This document shows positions 26,959 to 35,782 of a stretch of 64,000 nucleotides of DNA, piece by piece. The position numbers and the translations under genes are program-made. The notes beneath the pieces were generated by a model. It searched no databases and was not told the DNA's origin. It was given only the letters and a program-made list of their open reading frames with translations. Source of the stretch: Halorarum halobium (GTDB lineage: Archaea; Halobacteriota; Halobacteria; Halobacteriales; Haloferacaceae); the NCBI RefSeq assembly GCF_032116555.1, contig NZ_CP134949.1, positions 1,798,001 through 1,862,000 of the forward strand. The letters run 5' to 3'. Positions within the stretch are counted from its first letter, which is position 1, and every line of letters starts with the position of its first letter.

Positions 26959-27771
26959 TTAACTTTGGCCTTCGCCGGCGTCGGCCGCGGTCGTCTCGAT
27001 CAGCGGCTCGTAGGCCGTCTCGCAGGGGGGTCCGTCCGCGAAGTCGTACCGTCTGCTGCCGTCGTCGCCGACGATGACGAGCGAGGAGGAGCGCGTCCCG
27101 TACCCGCCGCCGGACTCGTCCGACGTGCCGTCCGACGCCGTTCCGGAGTCTGACACGTCGCCGTGGATGCAGACGCCGAACTCGTGGTCGCCGAGCGCCT
27201 CGCCGGCACGTTCGAGCCACTCCTCGGCCGTCTCGTCCGGGAACGGGCCGAGTTCCGCCGCCAGTTTCCGCGCGTTCCTGGCCTGCCGTTCGGCGATATC
27301 GGCCCTGTCCGGCGGTTCGTAGTACGTCCCGTCGAACCCGACGTTGCCGACGACGTGGATTCCCTCGCCCAGTTCAGTGACGCCGAGGGTGCCGTCCCAC
27401 TCCAAGAGCAGCGCGTCGTCCCGGTCGGCGAGCACGAGGTTGAACCCGTCGTAGTCGTGTTCGACGCAGGACTCCTCGACCAGGCTCGCCGCCCCGTCGG
27501 CCGACGCCTCGCGCAGGCAGTCGCGGACGAGCAGCCCACGCGACCGACTCGAGCCCAGCCCGTCGACCCAGCGGTTCGTGACGCCGACGAACAGGCCGTC
27601 GTCGTTGTAGCCGATCCAGGTCCCGCCGGCCTCGGCGTCGCGGGGACCGACGACGCCAGGTTCGAGTTCGCGCGGCGGCTCCGAGGGACGATTCAGCGCC
27701 TCGTCGCGGTTTGCCGCCACCACGACCGAGGCCTCCGGGAAGGACCGCCACGCGAGGGTGAGCGTACACAT
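26959..27771 (-). CDS. NRDE / TANGO2 family protein
   Basis: MCT start, AANRDE, GGTWIG, SRGLLV, YGTRSS. Confidence 0.92.
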   Translation of the reverse strand: MCTLTLAWRSFPEASVVVAANRDEALNRPSEPPRELEPGVVGPRDAEAGGTWIGYNDDGLFVGVTNRWVDGLGSSRSRGLLVRDCLREASADGAASLVEESCVEHDYDGFNLVLADRDDALLLEWDGTLGVTELGEGIHVVGNVGFDGTYYEPPDRADIAERQARNARKLAAELGPFPDETAEEWLERAGEALGDHEFGVCIHGDVSDSGTASDGTSDESGGGYGTRSSSLVIVGDDGSRRYDFADGPPCETAYEPLIETTAADAGEGQS

Positions 27772-27810
27772 ACCCGTTCGTACGACGGGGAGGAAGAAAA
27801 GCGGCGGCGG

Positions 27811-28974
27811 TCAGCCGACGAGGCCGCTCACGGCACGGGTCAACGCCGCCGCGGCGGTCCGCACCCGGTCCAGTCGCACGTACTCCCGCTCGGCGTGGGC
27901 GACCGCACCCGCCTCGTCCGCGAGGTGGCCGGGGCCGAACACGACCGTCGGCGTGGGTGCGAAGTACGACGCCTCGGTCGCCGCGCCGAACGGCCGGACG
28001 GAGCCGTCTCCGTCCGCGCCGGCGGTCCGTGCTGCGGCCGCGAGCGTCCCGACGAGGTCGTGGTCCGGGTCGGTGTCGAACGCTTCGAGGAACGGCGTCG
28101 GCCGCTCGGTGAACGAGAACTCGACGCCGACCTCGGGGGCGACCGCCTCCCGGACCGCCGAGAGCAACTCAGTTCGGAACCCCGACGTGGTCTCGGGGGG
28201 AACGGACCGCCTGTCCAGCGTGAGTCGCGCCTCCGCGGGCACCTGGTTCGTCGCCTCGCCGCCGTCGACGCCCGTTGCGGTGAGCGTCGGCGAGCCGAGC
28301 CGCGGGTGCGGCTCCCGGCCCTCGTCGAACCGCCGAACCGCGCCCAGCGCGTCCTCCAGCGCGGCGACCGCGTCGACGCCCGACTCCGGTTCGGCCGCGT
28401 GTGCCGCGCTCCCGGAGAGGGTGAGCGTCCCCTCGAACCGGCCGCGTGCGGCCGTGCAGACGTCACAGTCGGTCGGTTCGCCGACGACGAACAGGTCGCC
28501 ATCGAGCGGGTCGAGGGCTGCCGTCCGTTCGTCGTCGCCGTCGCCGTCGTCACCGCCGTCAGCGCCGACCCCGTACTCGCCCGTGACCAGCGCGTGGGCA
28601 CCCGTCGAGAGCGTCTCCTCGTCGGGCGTGATCGCCAGCGTGAGGCGGCCGGCCGACGGCTCGACCGAGAGGAACGCGGCCAGCAACGCCGCCAGCGGTC
28701 CCTTCGCGTCACAGGATCCGCGCCCCCGGAGTACGTCGCCGTCCCGCTCGACCGGCAGTCCCGGCGGGACCGTGTCGACGTGCGTGTTCAACACGACGTG
28801 GGGTTCGCCCACGCCCTTCGTCGCCCGGACGTTCCCGGCGGCGTCGACGACCGGACTCGCGTCGGCCCGGTCGAGCGTCTCGACCAGGAACGAGCGCATC
28901 TCGTCGACGGATCCGTGGGAGTCAATCCGGACGGCCGCGTCCAGAAATTCGACCGGATCGAACGCCGCACTCAC
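27811..28974 (-). CDS. dapE: Succinyl-diaminopimelate desuccinylase (M20 family)
   Basis: NTHVDTVP, GRGSCDAKG, DEE, GEPT, AHA; last gene of the dap operon. Confidence 0.8.
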   Translation of the reverse strand: MSAAFDPVEFLDAAVRIDSHGSVDEMRSFLVETLDRADASPVVDAAGNVRATKGVGEPHVVLNTHVDTVPPGLPVERDGDVLRGRGSCDAKGPLAALLAAFLSVEPSAGRLTLAITPDEETLSTGAHALVTGEYGVGADGGDDGDGDDERTAALDPLDGDLFVVGEPTDCDVCTAARGRFEGTLTLSGSAAHAAEPESGVDAVAALEDALGAVRRFDEGREPHPRLGSPTLTATGVDGGEATNQVPAEARLTLDRRSVPPETTSGFRTELLSAVREAVAPEVGVEFSFTERPTPFLEAFDTDPDHDLVGTLAAAARTAGADGDGSVRPFGAATEASYFAPTPTVVFGPGHLADEAGAVAHAEREYVRLDRVRTAAAALTRAVSGLVG

Positions 28975-29822
28975 GGCTCGGCCTCCAGCGATCCGGTCGC
29001 CTCGCGCTCGGTGGGGCCGGCGAGCGTCGCCGAACCTTCGGCGGGCACCGTAACGCGCAGGTCGCCGCCCGGCGGAGCCACCACCGACGATTCTCGGTCG
29101 GTTCGGCCGGTTCGGCGCGCCGCCGCGAGGATCGCCACCGCGCCGGTCCCGCAGGCGCGCGTCTCGTCCTCGACCCCGCGCTCGAACGTCCGCTGTAGGA
29201 AGTCCGCGCCGCCGTCCGGGGTCGGTTCCGCGAGGGTGACGTTCGCGCCCTCGGGGAACGCGTCGGCGCTCCGAACGGGCGGCGCGACCGCGTCGAGGTC
29301 CACCGCGTCAACGTCCTCGACGAACGCGACCGCGTGCGGGACGCCGGTGTCGACCGCGGTCACGGTCAGCCCCTCGACCGACTCCTCGACCAGCGGTCCG
29401 CCCCACGTCGTCGGAACGGCCGCGGGTTCGAACGTCGGTCTGCCCATCTCGACCTCGACGGCGTTCGTGGCCGTCCGGACGACCGCCCGTCGGTCGCCAG
29501 CGGGCGTCTCGACGACGAACTCCCTCGCACCGGTCCGCTCGCCGGCCCAGGAGGCGACACACCGCGCGCCGTTCCCGCACATCTCCGCGACCGAGCCGTC
29601 GGGCTGGACGAGCGTCATCCCGACGCGAACCGGGACGGCCTCCGGGTTCAGATCGAGGAACAGGACGCCGTCCGCGCCCCGGCGAGCGCCCGCCTCGACA
29701 CCCGTCTCCCGATCACAGTGGACGACGGCGAACCGGACGCGGTCGGGTACCGGTTCGTCGGCGTCGATGACGAGGAAGTCGTTGCCAGTGCCGTGGTACT
29801 TCACGAACGGGACGGTCGTCAT
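28971..29822 (-). CDS. dapF: Diaminopimelate epimerase
   Basis: KYHGTGNDF, MCGNGARC, GVPH, ERGVEDETRACGTG. Confidence 0.95.
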   Translation of the reverse strand: MTTVPFVKYHGTGNDFLVIDADEPVPDRVRFAVVHCDRETGVEAGARRGADGVLFLDLNPEAVPVRVGMTLVQPDGSVAEMCGNGARCVASWAGERTGAREFVVETPAGDRRAVVRTATNAVEVEMGRPTFEPAAVPTTWGGPLVEESVEGLTVTAVDTGVPHAVAFVEDVDAVDLDAVAPPVRSADAFPEGANVTLAEPTPDGGADFLQRTFERGVEDETRACGTGAVAILAAARRTGRTDRESSVVAPPGGDLRVTVPAEGSATLAGPTEREATGSLEAEP

Positions 29823-31072
29823 CGTTCCAGCACCGTCAGGTCGGCGAGCGACTCGCGCCGCCTGAGCACGTCACCCTCCGGCGAGACGTCGGCCGGTCTG
29901 GGGCGGGAGTTGTACGTCGACGCCATCTCGTAGCCGTAGGCGCCCGCGTTACCGAGCGCGAGGAGGTCCCCCCGTTCGGGGGCGGGGAGCGGGCGACCCT
30001 CACAGAAGGTGTCGCCGCTCTCGCAGATGGGACCGGCGACCGTCACGGGTCGTTCCTCCCGTTCGTCGGCGCCCGGGTCCAGCAGGCGGATCGCGTGGAA
30101 CGCGTCGTACATCGCCGGCCGAAGCAGGTCGGTCATGCCGGCGTCGACGCCCGCGACGACCTCCCCCGCCGACGGCTTGACTGTGTTCACGCGCGTCACC
30201 AGCACGGCCGCGTCGGCGACGAGATAGCGACCGGGTTCGAGCGCCACGGCCGCATCGAGCGCCGACAGTTCCTCGCGCACCGCCGTCGCGACCGCGTCGA
30301 GGTCGAGCGGGGATTCGGTCTCGCGGTACGGGACGCCGACGCCGCCGCCGACGTTCACGTACTCGAGGTCGCCGACCTCGGCCGCCAGTTCCGCGACGCT
30401 CGCCAGGAACTCGCGGTGGGCAGCCAGATCCGCCTCGTCGTGGATGCCGGAGCCGGCGTGGGCGTGCAGGCCGACGAACTCGAAGTCGGCACGCGCGTCA
30501 GCGACGACCTCGTCGACCCGCTCGGCGGGCACGCCGAACTTCGCCGCCGCCCCGGTCCGCACCTTCTCGTGGTGGCCCGCGCCGACGCCGGGGTTCACTC
30601 GGACGCAGAGTCGGCCGTCGTACCCCCGCTCGCGCAGGCGGTCGAGCGTGTCCGCGGCGCCGACGGTGACCGTCAGATCCGCGCCGTCGCGCCACCAGTC
30701 GACCACGGCGTCGAGGTCACGGGCGGGCGGGTTGACCGCGGTGTAGTCGACGTCGTCGCCGCCGAAGCCGGCCTCCAGCGCGCGACCGACTTCGCCGGCC
30801 GACGCACACTCCGCGCCGAACCCCGCCTCCCGGACGGTTTCGAGGACCGCGCGCCCTGCGTTCGCCTTCACCGCGTACCGGAGCGACGCGTCGGGGAACG
30901 CGGCCCGGAACCGCGCGCAGTTCTGGGCGACGCGGTCGAGGTCGGTGACGTACAGCGGCGTCCCGTGCTCGGCAGCGAGTTCGCGCAGGCGCGCCTCGTT
31001 CCAGTCGGCGAGCCGGCGGGCCCCCGGCGAGCCCGTTCCGTCGGTCGGTTCGTCGGCGTCGGGTTCGCTCAT
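29819..31072 (-). CDS. lysA: Diaminopimelate decarboxylase
   Basis: YAVKAN, HAHAGSG, EPGRYLV, GPICESGD, GAYG; start MSEPD overlaps the dapD stop. Confidence 0.94.
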   Translation of the reverse strand: MSEPDADEPTDGTGSPGARRLADWNEARLRELAAEHGTPLYVTDLDRVAQNCARFRAAFPDASLRYAVKANAGRAVLETVREAGFGAECASAGEVGRALEAGFGGDDVDYTAVNPPARDLDAVVDWWRDGADLTVTVGAADTLDRLRERGYDGRLCVRVNPGVGAGHHEKVRTGAAAKFGVPAERVDEVVADARADFEFVGLHAHAGSGIHDEADLAAHREFLASVAELAAEVGDLEYVNVGGGVGVPYRETESPLDLDAVATAVREELSALDAAVALEPGRYLVADAAVLVTRVNTVKPSAGEVVAGVDAGMTDLLRPAMYDAFHAIRLLDPGADEREERPVTVAGPICESGDTFCEGRPLPAPERGDLLALGNAGAYGYEMASTYNSRPRPADVSPEGDVLRRRESLADLTVLER

Positions 31073-31908
31073 TCGCGGAGCGCGTCCTCCCGCCGCGTCG
31101 CCTCCAGCGTCTCCTCTTCGATGTGGGTCGCCACGACGGCCGGCTTGTAGGCCCCGCCCTCGAAGAGGTCGTGCTCGGAGACGCTCGACTCGACGAACCG
31201 CGCGAACGCCCGCCGATCCTCGGGCAGGTGGCCGTAGACGACCTCCTCCTCGACGAGGTCGTACACCGGAATCCTCGGCGTGAGGAGCGTGTTCTCGCCG
31301 ACGACCGAGTTCGCGCCGACGCGGAACCCAGAAGTGACCCGACAGCCCGCGCCCAGTGAGACGCCGTCCTCGACGATCACCGGGGCGTCCTCGACCGGTT
31401 CGAGCACGCCGCCGATCAGCGTGTTCGCGCCGAGCTTCACGCCCTCGCCGAGTTGCGCGCACGAGCCGACCGTGTCACAGGAGTCGACGAGCGTGCCCGC
31501 GCCGACCGACGCGCCGATGTTGACGAACGACGGGCTCATCATGATGGCGTCGTCGCCGAGGTGTGCGCCCCGCCGGAGGACCGTGCCGTCCGGCGTGTTT
31601 CGGGCGCCGCCGGCTTCGAGGCTCTCGGTCTCCCGCAGCGGGAGCACGTCGTAGTAGCCCACGCCGCCGTACTCGCGGCGCTCGGTCTCGCGCAGGCCGA
31701 AGTTGAGCAGGACGCCGCGCTTCACCCACTCGTTCGCCTCCCACGAGGTGACCGAGTCGCCGGTCTTCTCGGCCGCCCGGATTTCGCCGGACTCGAGGGC
31801 GTCGAGGAACGCGTCCAGCGTCGCCCGATCGTCGTCGGTCAGGTCGGACGGCGTCAGGCCGTCGTCGTAGCGGTGCCACAGGTCGTCGATCTCGGGTTCC
31901 AGCGTCAT
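31069..31908 (-). CDS. dapD: Tetrahydrodipicolinate N-succinyltransferase
   Basis: WVKRGVLLNF, MSPSFVNIGA, VGSCAQ, IGGVLEP. Confidence 0.94.
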   Translation of the reverse strand: MTLEPEIDDLWHRYDDGLTPSDLTDDDRATLDAFLDALESGEIRAAEKTGDSVTSWEANEWVKRGVLLNFGLRETERREYGGVGYYDVLPLRETESLEAGGARNTPDGTVLRRGAHLGDDAIMMSPSFVNIGASVGAGTLVDSCDTVGSCAQLGEGVKLGANTLIGGVLEPVEDAPVIVEDGVSLGAGCRVTSGFRVGANSVVGENTLLTPRIPVYDLVEEEVVYGHLPEDRRAFARFVESSVSEHDLFEGGAYKPAVVATHIEEETLEATRREDALRE

Positions 31909-32669
31909 TCGAGTACCTCCGTGAAGTCGTATTCGCCCGCCTCGCGTCCGGCGACCCACGCCGCTGCGTCGAGCGCGCCGGCGGCGAAGATTCGCCGCGA
32001 ACCGGCGCGATGGGTCAGTTCCAGCGTCTCGTCGTCCCCAGCGAGCAGGACCTCGTGTTCGCCGGCGACGTCCCCGGCCCGGCGCGCGTGGACGCCGATC
32101 TCCTCGGGGGAGCGTGGCGCGTCGCCCTCCCGGCCGTGTCGTCGCGCCGTGAGGTCCGGGCGCTCGCGTTCGACGTCCCCGACGAGCGTGAGCGCGGTCC
32201 CGCTCGGCGCGTCCCGCTTGCCGTCGTGGTGCGTCTCCGTCACCTCGACGTCGTACCCGGGAAGCGTTCCGACCGCCTCTCTGACCGCCCCCCGGAGCGC
32301 GGCGATCCCCCGAGAGAAGTTCGACGCGCGGAGCACCGGGACGGTCTCGGCCGCGGCGGTCAGCGCCTCGGCCCCCTCGTCGGTGAACCCGGTGGTTCCG
32401 ACGACGGCCGGGACGCCGGCCTCCGCGCACGCCGAGACGTACTCGACGCTCGACTCGGGGCCGGTGAAGTCGATCAGCGCGTCCGGGTCGCGGTCGGCAA
32501 GCAGTGCGGGGAGGTCGGCCGCGTCGTGAACCTCGCTGCCGGCGACGGGGCCGGTGGCCGAGCGATTGACGGCGAACGCGACCGAGACGTCCTCGCGGTC
32601 GGCCGCCGCCTCGATCAGTTCCCGGCCCATCCGACCGCCCGCGCCCGTCACCGCGACCCGGACGCTCAC
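31905..32669 (-). CDS. dapB: 4-hydroxy-tetrahydrodipicolinate reductase
   Basis: GAGGRMG, IDFT, GTTG, ETHHDGKRDAPSGTA, FAAGA. Confidence 0.95.
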   Translation of the reverse strand: MSVRVAVTGAGGRMGRELIEAAADREDVSVAFAVNRSATGPVAGSEVHDAADLPALLADRDPDALIDFTGPESSVEYVSACAEAGVPAVVGTTGFTDEGAEALTAAAETVPVLRASNFSRGIAALRGAVREAVGTLPGYDVEVTETHHDGKRDAPSGTALTLVGDVERERPDLTARRHGREGDAPRSPEEIGVHARRAGDVAGEHEVLLAGDDETLELTHRAGSRRIFAAGALDAAAWVAGREAGEYDFTEVLE

Positions 32670-33589
32670 GCCGTCTCCACCTCCGAACCGTCGGCGTCGG
32701 CCGTCGCCTCCAGGTCGGCGAGGACGTCGGCCAGCACGGCTCGCGTCTCCTCGCTCGCGCGGGTGAGCGGCAGGCGGAGGTCGGCCGGGCCGTAGCCGCG
32801 GATCTCCATCGCCTCCTTCACCGGAATGGGGTTCGTCTCGCGGAACAGTTCGCGGAACAGCGGCGACAGGTCGTGGTGGACGTCGCGGGCGCGCGCAACG
32901 TCCCCGTCGAGCGCCGCGTGGACCAGTTCGGTCGTCCGCTCGGGTTCGACGTTTGCGGCGACGCTGATGGTGCCGGTGCCGCCGACCGCGATGGTCGGAA
33001 GGGTCAGGCCGTCGTCGCCCGAGAGCACGTCGAACGCCTCCCCGCGGGTCCGCTCGACGATCTCCGAGATGCGGTTCAGATCGCCCGAGGCGGCCTTGTA
33101 CCCCCGAACGTTCGGGTGTTCGGCCAGCTCGACGACCGTGTCGAGATCGAGGCTCCGGCCCGTTCGGGAGGGGACGTTGTAGACGACTTGCGGGAGGTCG
33201 ACGGCGTCCGCGACCGCCGTGAAATGTTCGTACTGGCCGCGCGGCTCGGGCTTGTTGTAGTACGGCGAGATGAGCAACAGCGCGTCCGCGCCCGCCGCCG
33301 CGGCGCGCTCGGAGAGGTCGACGGCCTCGTGGGTCGAGTTCGAGCCGGTGCCCGCGACGACGGGCACGTCGACGGCTTCGACGACGGTCTCGACGACCTC
33401 GCCGTGCTCGTCGTGGGTGAGCGTCGCCGACTCGCCCGTGGAGCCGACGGGGACGAGCCCGTCGACGCCGGCGGCTTCGAGCCGTCGGGCGTCGGCGGCG
33501 AGCTGTTCGTGGTCGACGTCGTTGCTGTCCGTGAACGGCGTTGTCATCGCCGGGTAGACGCCGGCGAACGTGTCGTGGTGTGTCGTCAT
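32666..33589 (-). CDS. dapA: 4-hydroxy-tetrahydrodipicolinate synthase
   Basis: TPF, GSTGES, PYYNKP, YNVPSRT, KAASG, SGDD, NPIPVK. Confidence 0.96.
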   Translation of the reverse strand: MTTHHDTFAGVYPAMTTPFTDSNDVDHEQLAADARRLEAAGVDGLVPVGSTGESATLTHDEHGEVVETVVEAVDVPVVAGTGSNSTHEAVDLSERAAAAGADALLLISPYYNKPEPRGQYEHFTAVADAVDLPQVVYNVPSRTGRSLDLDTVVELAEHPNVRGYKAASGDLNRISEIVERTRGEAFDVLSGDDGLTLPTIAVGGTGTISVAANVEPERTTELVHAALDGDVARARDVHHDLSPLFRELFRETNPIPVKEAMEIRGYGPADLRLPLTRASEETRAVLADVLADLEATADADGSEVETA

Positions 33590-33688
33590 TCGTGTGGGTC
33601 GGTGGTGATCGGTCGCAGGGTAGTCGTCAGCGCGCGTCGGTCGTCCGCGGTCGCCCGGGACGGGGGTGCCACTCCCGCCGCGAGCAGG

Positions 33689-33778
33689 TCACGCGCGTTT
33701 GGGTTTCCGACCCGAGAAGGCGGCCGACACGCCGCGCTGGTGGGGAACGGCCCCGGCGCGACGCGACGTGTCTCGCAT
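33689..33778 (-). CDS. Putative leader peptide of the dap operon, MRDTSRRAGAVPHQRGVSAAFSGRKPKRA (29 aa)
   Basis: ATG 33778 to TGA 33689; ATTAGTAG box at 33800-33807; ends CGG AAA CCC AAA CGC GCG TGA. Confidence 0.6.
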   Translation of the reverse strand: MRDTSRRAGAVPHQRGVSAAFSGRKPKRA

Positions 33779-34007
33779 GAGTGTACCCCGGTGGTGGGGC
33801 TACTAATGCGTTGCGCCAGCGTCCGATGTTGCTCGTCATCCGAACGTGTCCGGTGTGTCGCATTCGGTCCTGTTCCGGTGTCGCTTTCGAGATCGTCCCC
33901 CATCCAGCGAGAAACCAGCACTCGGAAGGAAAAGATCAGACTCCCAGATCATACCCGCGAACACACCTATAAACCCTTTTACCGAGCCCCCCGTCACACC
34001 AAACGCA

Positions 34008-34706
34008 ATGAGCGACCTCCCGGACGATTTCGACTGCACCATCACAAACTGGGAGTACATATACGACCTCTGCAGACAGGTGGCAGACGAGGTGAAGGCG
34101 GCCGACTTCGAGCCCGACGTGGTGGTCGCGCTCGCCCGCGGCGGCTGGTTCGCCGGCCGCTGCATCTGTGACTTCCTCGGCATGGATGACCTCACGAGCC
34201 TGAAGATGGAACACTACGTCGGCACGGCCGAGAAGTCCGGCGAGCCGACGGTCCGCTACCCGATGCCGGAGGGGAGCGTCCAGGGCAAGGACGTGCTCAT
34301 CATCGACGACATCGCCGACACCGGCGGCTCCATCAAGCGCGCCCAGGAGTACGTCGAGGAGCGCGACGGCGGCGAGATCAGGACGGCCACGCTCCAGTTG
34401 CTTCAGAGCTCCACGTTCGAACCCGACTTCATCGCCGAGCGCCTTGAGGAGTGGACCTGGATGGTGTACCCCTGGAACTTCATCGAGGACATGGTCGATC
34501 TCATCTCCGGCGTGATGGAGCGTGCCGATCGGGAGCGGTTCAGCAAGGAGGACGTCCGCCACTACCTCGCCGAGTTCCACGACGTCGACCGCATCGGCAT
34601 GGAGATCGCCCAGCCCGGCCGTCTCGACGAGGTCATGTCCGAGATGGTCCGTCGGGACGTGGTCCGCGAGGTCGACGGCGGCTACCGCCTGCTCGACGCC
34701 GAGTAA
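34008..34706 (+). CDS. Purine phosphoribosyltransferase family protein
   Basis: VVALARGG, VLIIDDIADTGGS, WMVYPW. Confidence 0.9.
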   Translation: MSDLPDDFDCTITNWEYIYDLCRQVADEVKAADFEPDVVVALARGGWFAGRCICDFLGMDDLTSLKMEHYVGTAEKSGEPTVRYPMPEGSVQGKDVLIIDDIADTGGSIKRAQEYVEERDGGEIRTATLQLLQSSTFEPDFIAERLEEWTWMVYPWNFIEDMVDLISGVMERADRERFSKEDVRHYLAEFHDVDRIGMEIAQPGRLDEVMSEMVRRDVVREVDGGYRLLDAE

Positions 34707-34776
34707 CCGGGATCCGGTCGACACCGTTCTCTCCGCTTCCGAACGCCTCTTGTCGGCCCCCTCCGTGGTCGCGGGC

Positions 34777-35733
34777 GTGGCGCTGCTCGACATCTTCCTC
34801 GGCGCCGTCCTCCCCATCGTCGCCATCGCGGGCGTGGGCTTCCTACTGGGGCGGTTCCGCGAGATCGACCCGGGACCGCTGAACACCGCCGTCGTCTACG
34901 TGCTGGCGCCCGCGCTCGTCCTCCACAGCCTCGCGACGGCGTCGTTCTCCGGGGAGACCATCGTGAAGCTGACGCTCGCGGTGACGGCCTACATCGTCGG
35001 CATGGTGCTCGTCGGGGAGGCGGCGGGTCGGCTGCTTGGCGAGTCGGAACCCCGCCTGTCGGCGCTCGTGCTCGCGGCGACGTTCCCGAACTGCGGCAAC
35101 TACGGCATTCCGCTCTCGGACTTCGCGTTCCCCGGCGGGGGGCGGGCGACCGCCGTGCTGTATCTCGCCATCCAGTCGGTCCTCGTCTACACCGTCGGCG
35201 TCTACGTCGCCTCCCGGGCCGGGGGCGGCGGCGGACGCTCCGCCGTCAAGCGCGTGCTGTACATCCCGCTCGTCTGGGCCGTCCCGGTCGCGCTGGGCGC
35301 CCGCTGGCTCGACGTCGTCCCCGCGGCCGACGGCGCGGCGATGACTACCCTACAGCTCGTCGGCGACTCGTCCATCCCGGTCATGCTGCTCATCCTCGGC
35401 GTCCAGCTCGCGCGGACGGACTACGGGGCCGCGCTCTCGCAGGTTGGCGTTCCGACCGTCCTGAAGATGGGCGTCGCGCCGGCGCTGGCCGTCGGCGTCG
35501 CCCTCGTCGTCGGCTTCTCGGACCCGACGGTCGCGCGCGTATTCGTCCTCGAGTCCGCGATGCCCGCCGCGGTCACGCCCGTCATCCTCGTCACCGAGTT
35601 CGCGAGCGGGAGGGACGTCGGGGGCGTCTCCATCCCTGAGTACGTGAGCACCATCGTCCTCGTGACGACGCTGCTGTCGCTCCCGGTGTTGACAGGTCTC
35701 ATCGCGCTGTTGCAGAGCGGGATGGTGGTGTAG
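34777..35733 (+). CDS. AEC family membrane transporter
   Basis: PNCGNYGIP, ESAMPAAV, ~10 TM helices; GTG start inferred. Confidence 0.87.
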   Translation: MALLDIFLGAVLPIVAIAGVGFLLGRFREIDPGPLNTAVVYVLAPALVLHSLATASFSGETIVKLTLAVTAYIVGMVLVGEAAGRLLGESEPRLSALVLAATFPNCGNYGIPLSDFAFPGGGRATAVLYLAIQSVLVYTVGVYVASRAGGGGGRSAVKRVLYIPLVWAVPVALGARWLDVVPAADGAAMTTLQLVGDSSIPVMLLILGVQLARTDYGAALSQVGVPTVLKMGVAPALAVGVALVVGFSDPTVARVFVLESAMPAAVTPVILVTEFASGRDVGGVSIPEYVSTIVLVTTLLSLPVLTGLIALLQSGMVV

Positions 35734-35782
35734 CACCGTCCGCGTGGTCCGTCCGGACACGCGAAGCCGTGGTCGGGTTCGG

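Noticed and set aside
27163..29865. Long antisense or alternate-frame ORFs (e.g. 27163..29865, 6653..8665, 17780..20266, 43039..44754, 49431..51530, 56744..58855)
   Set aside because: They shadow well-supported genes, are Arg/Val/Gly-rich without family motifs, and are expected in high-GC DNA with few stop codons.
33590..33800. Lysine riboswitch upstream of dapA
   Set aside because: I could not find the conserved L-box features by eye; the uORF explains the region better. An Rfam scan would settle it.
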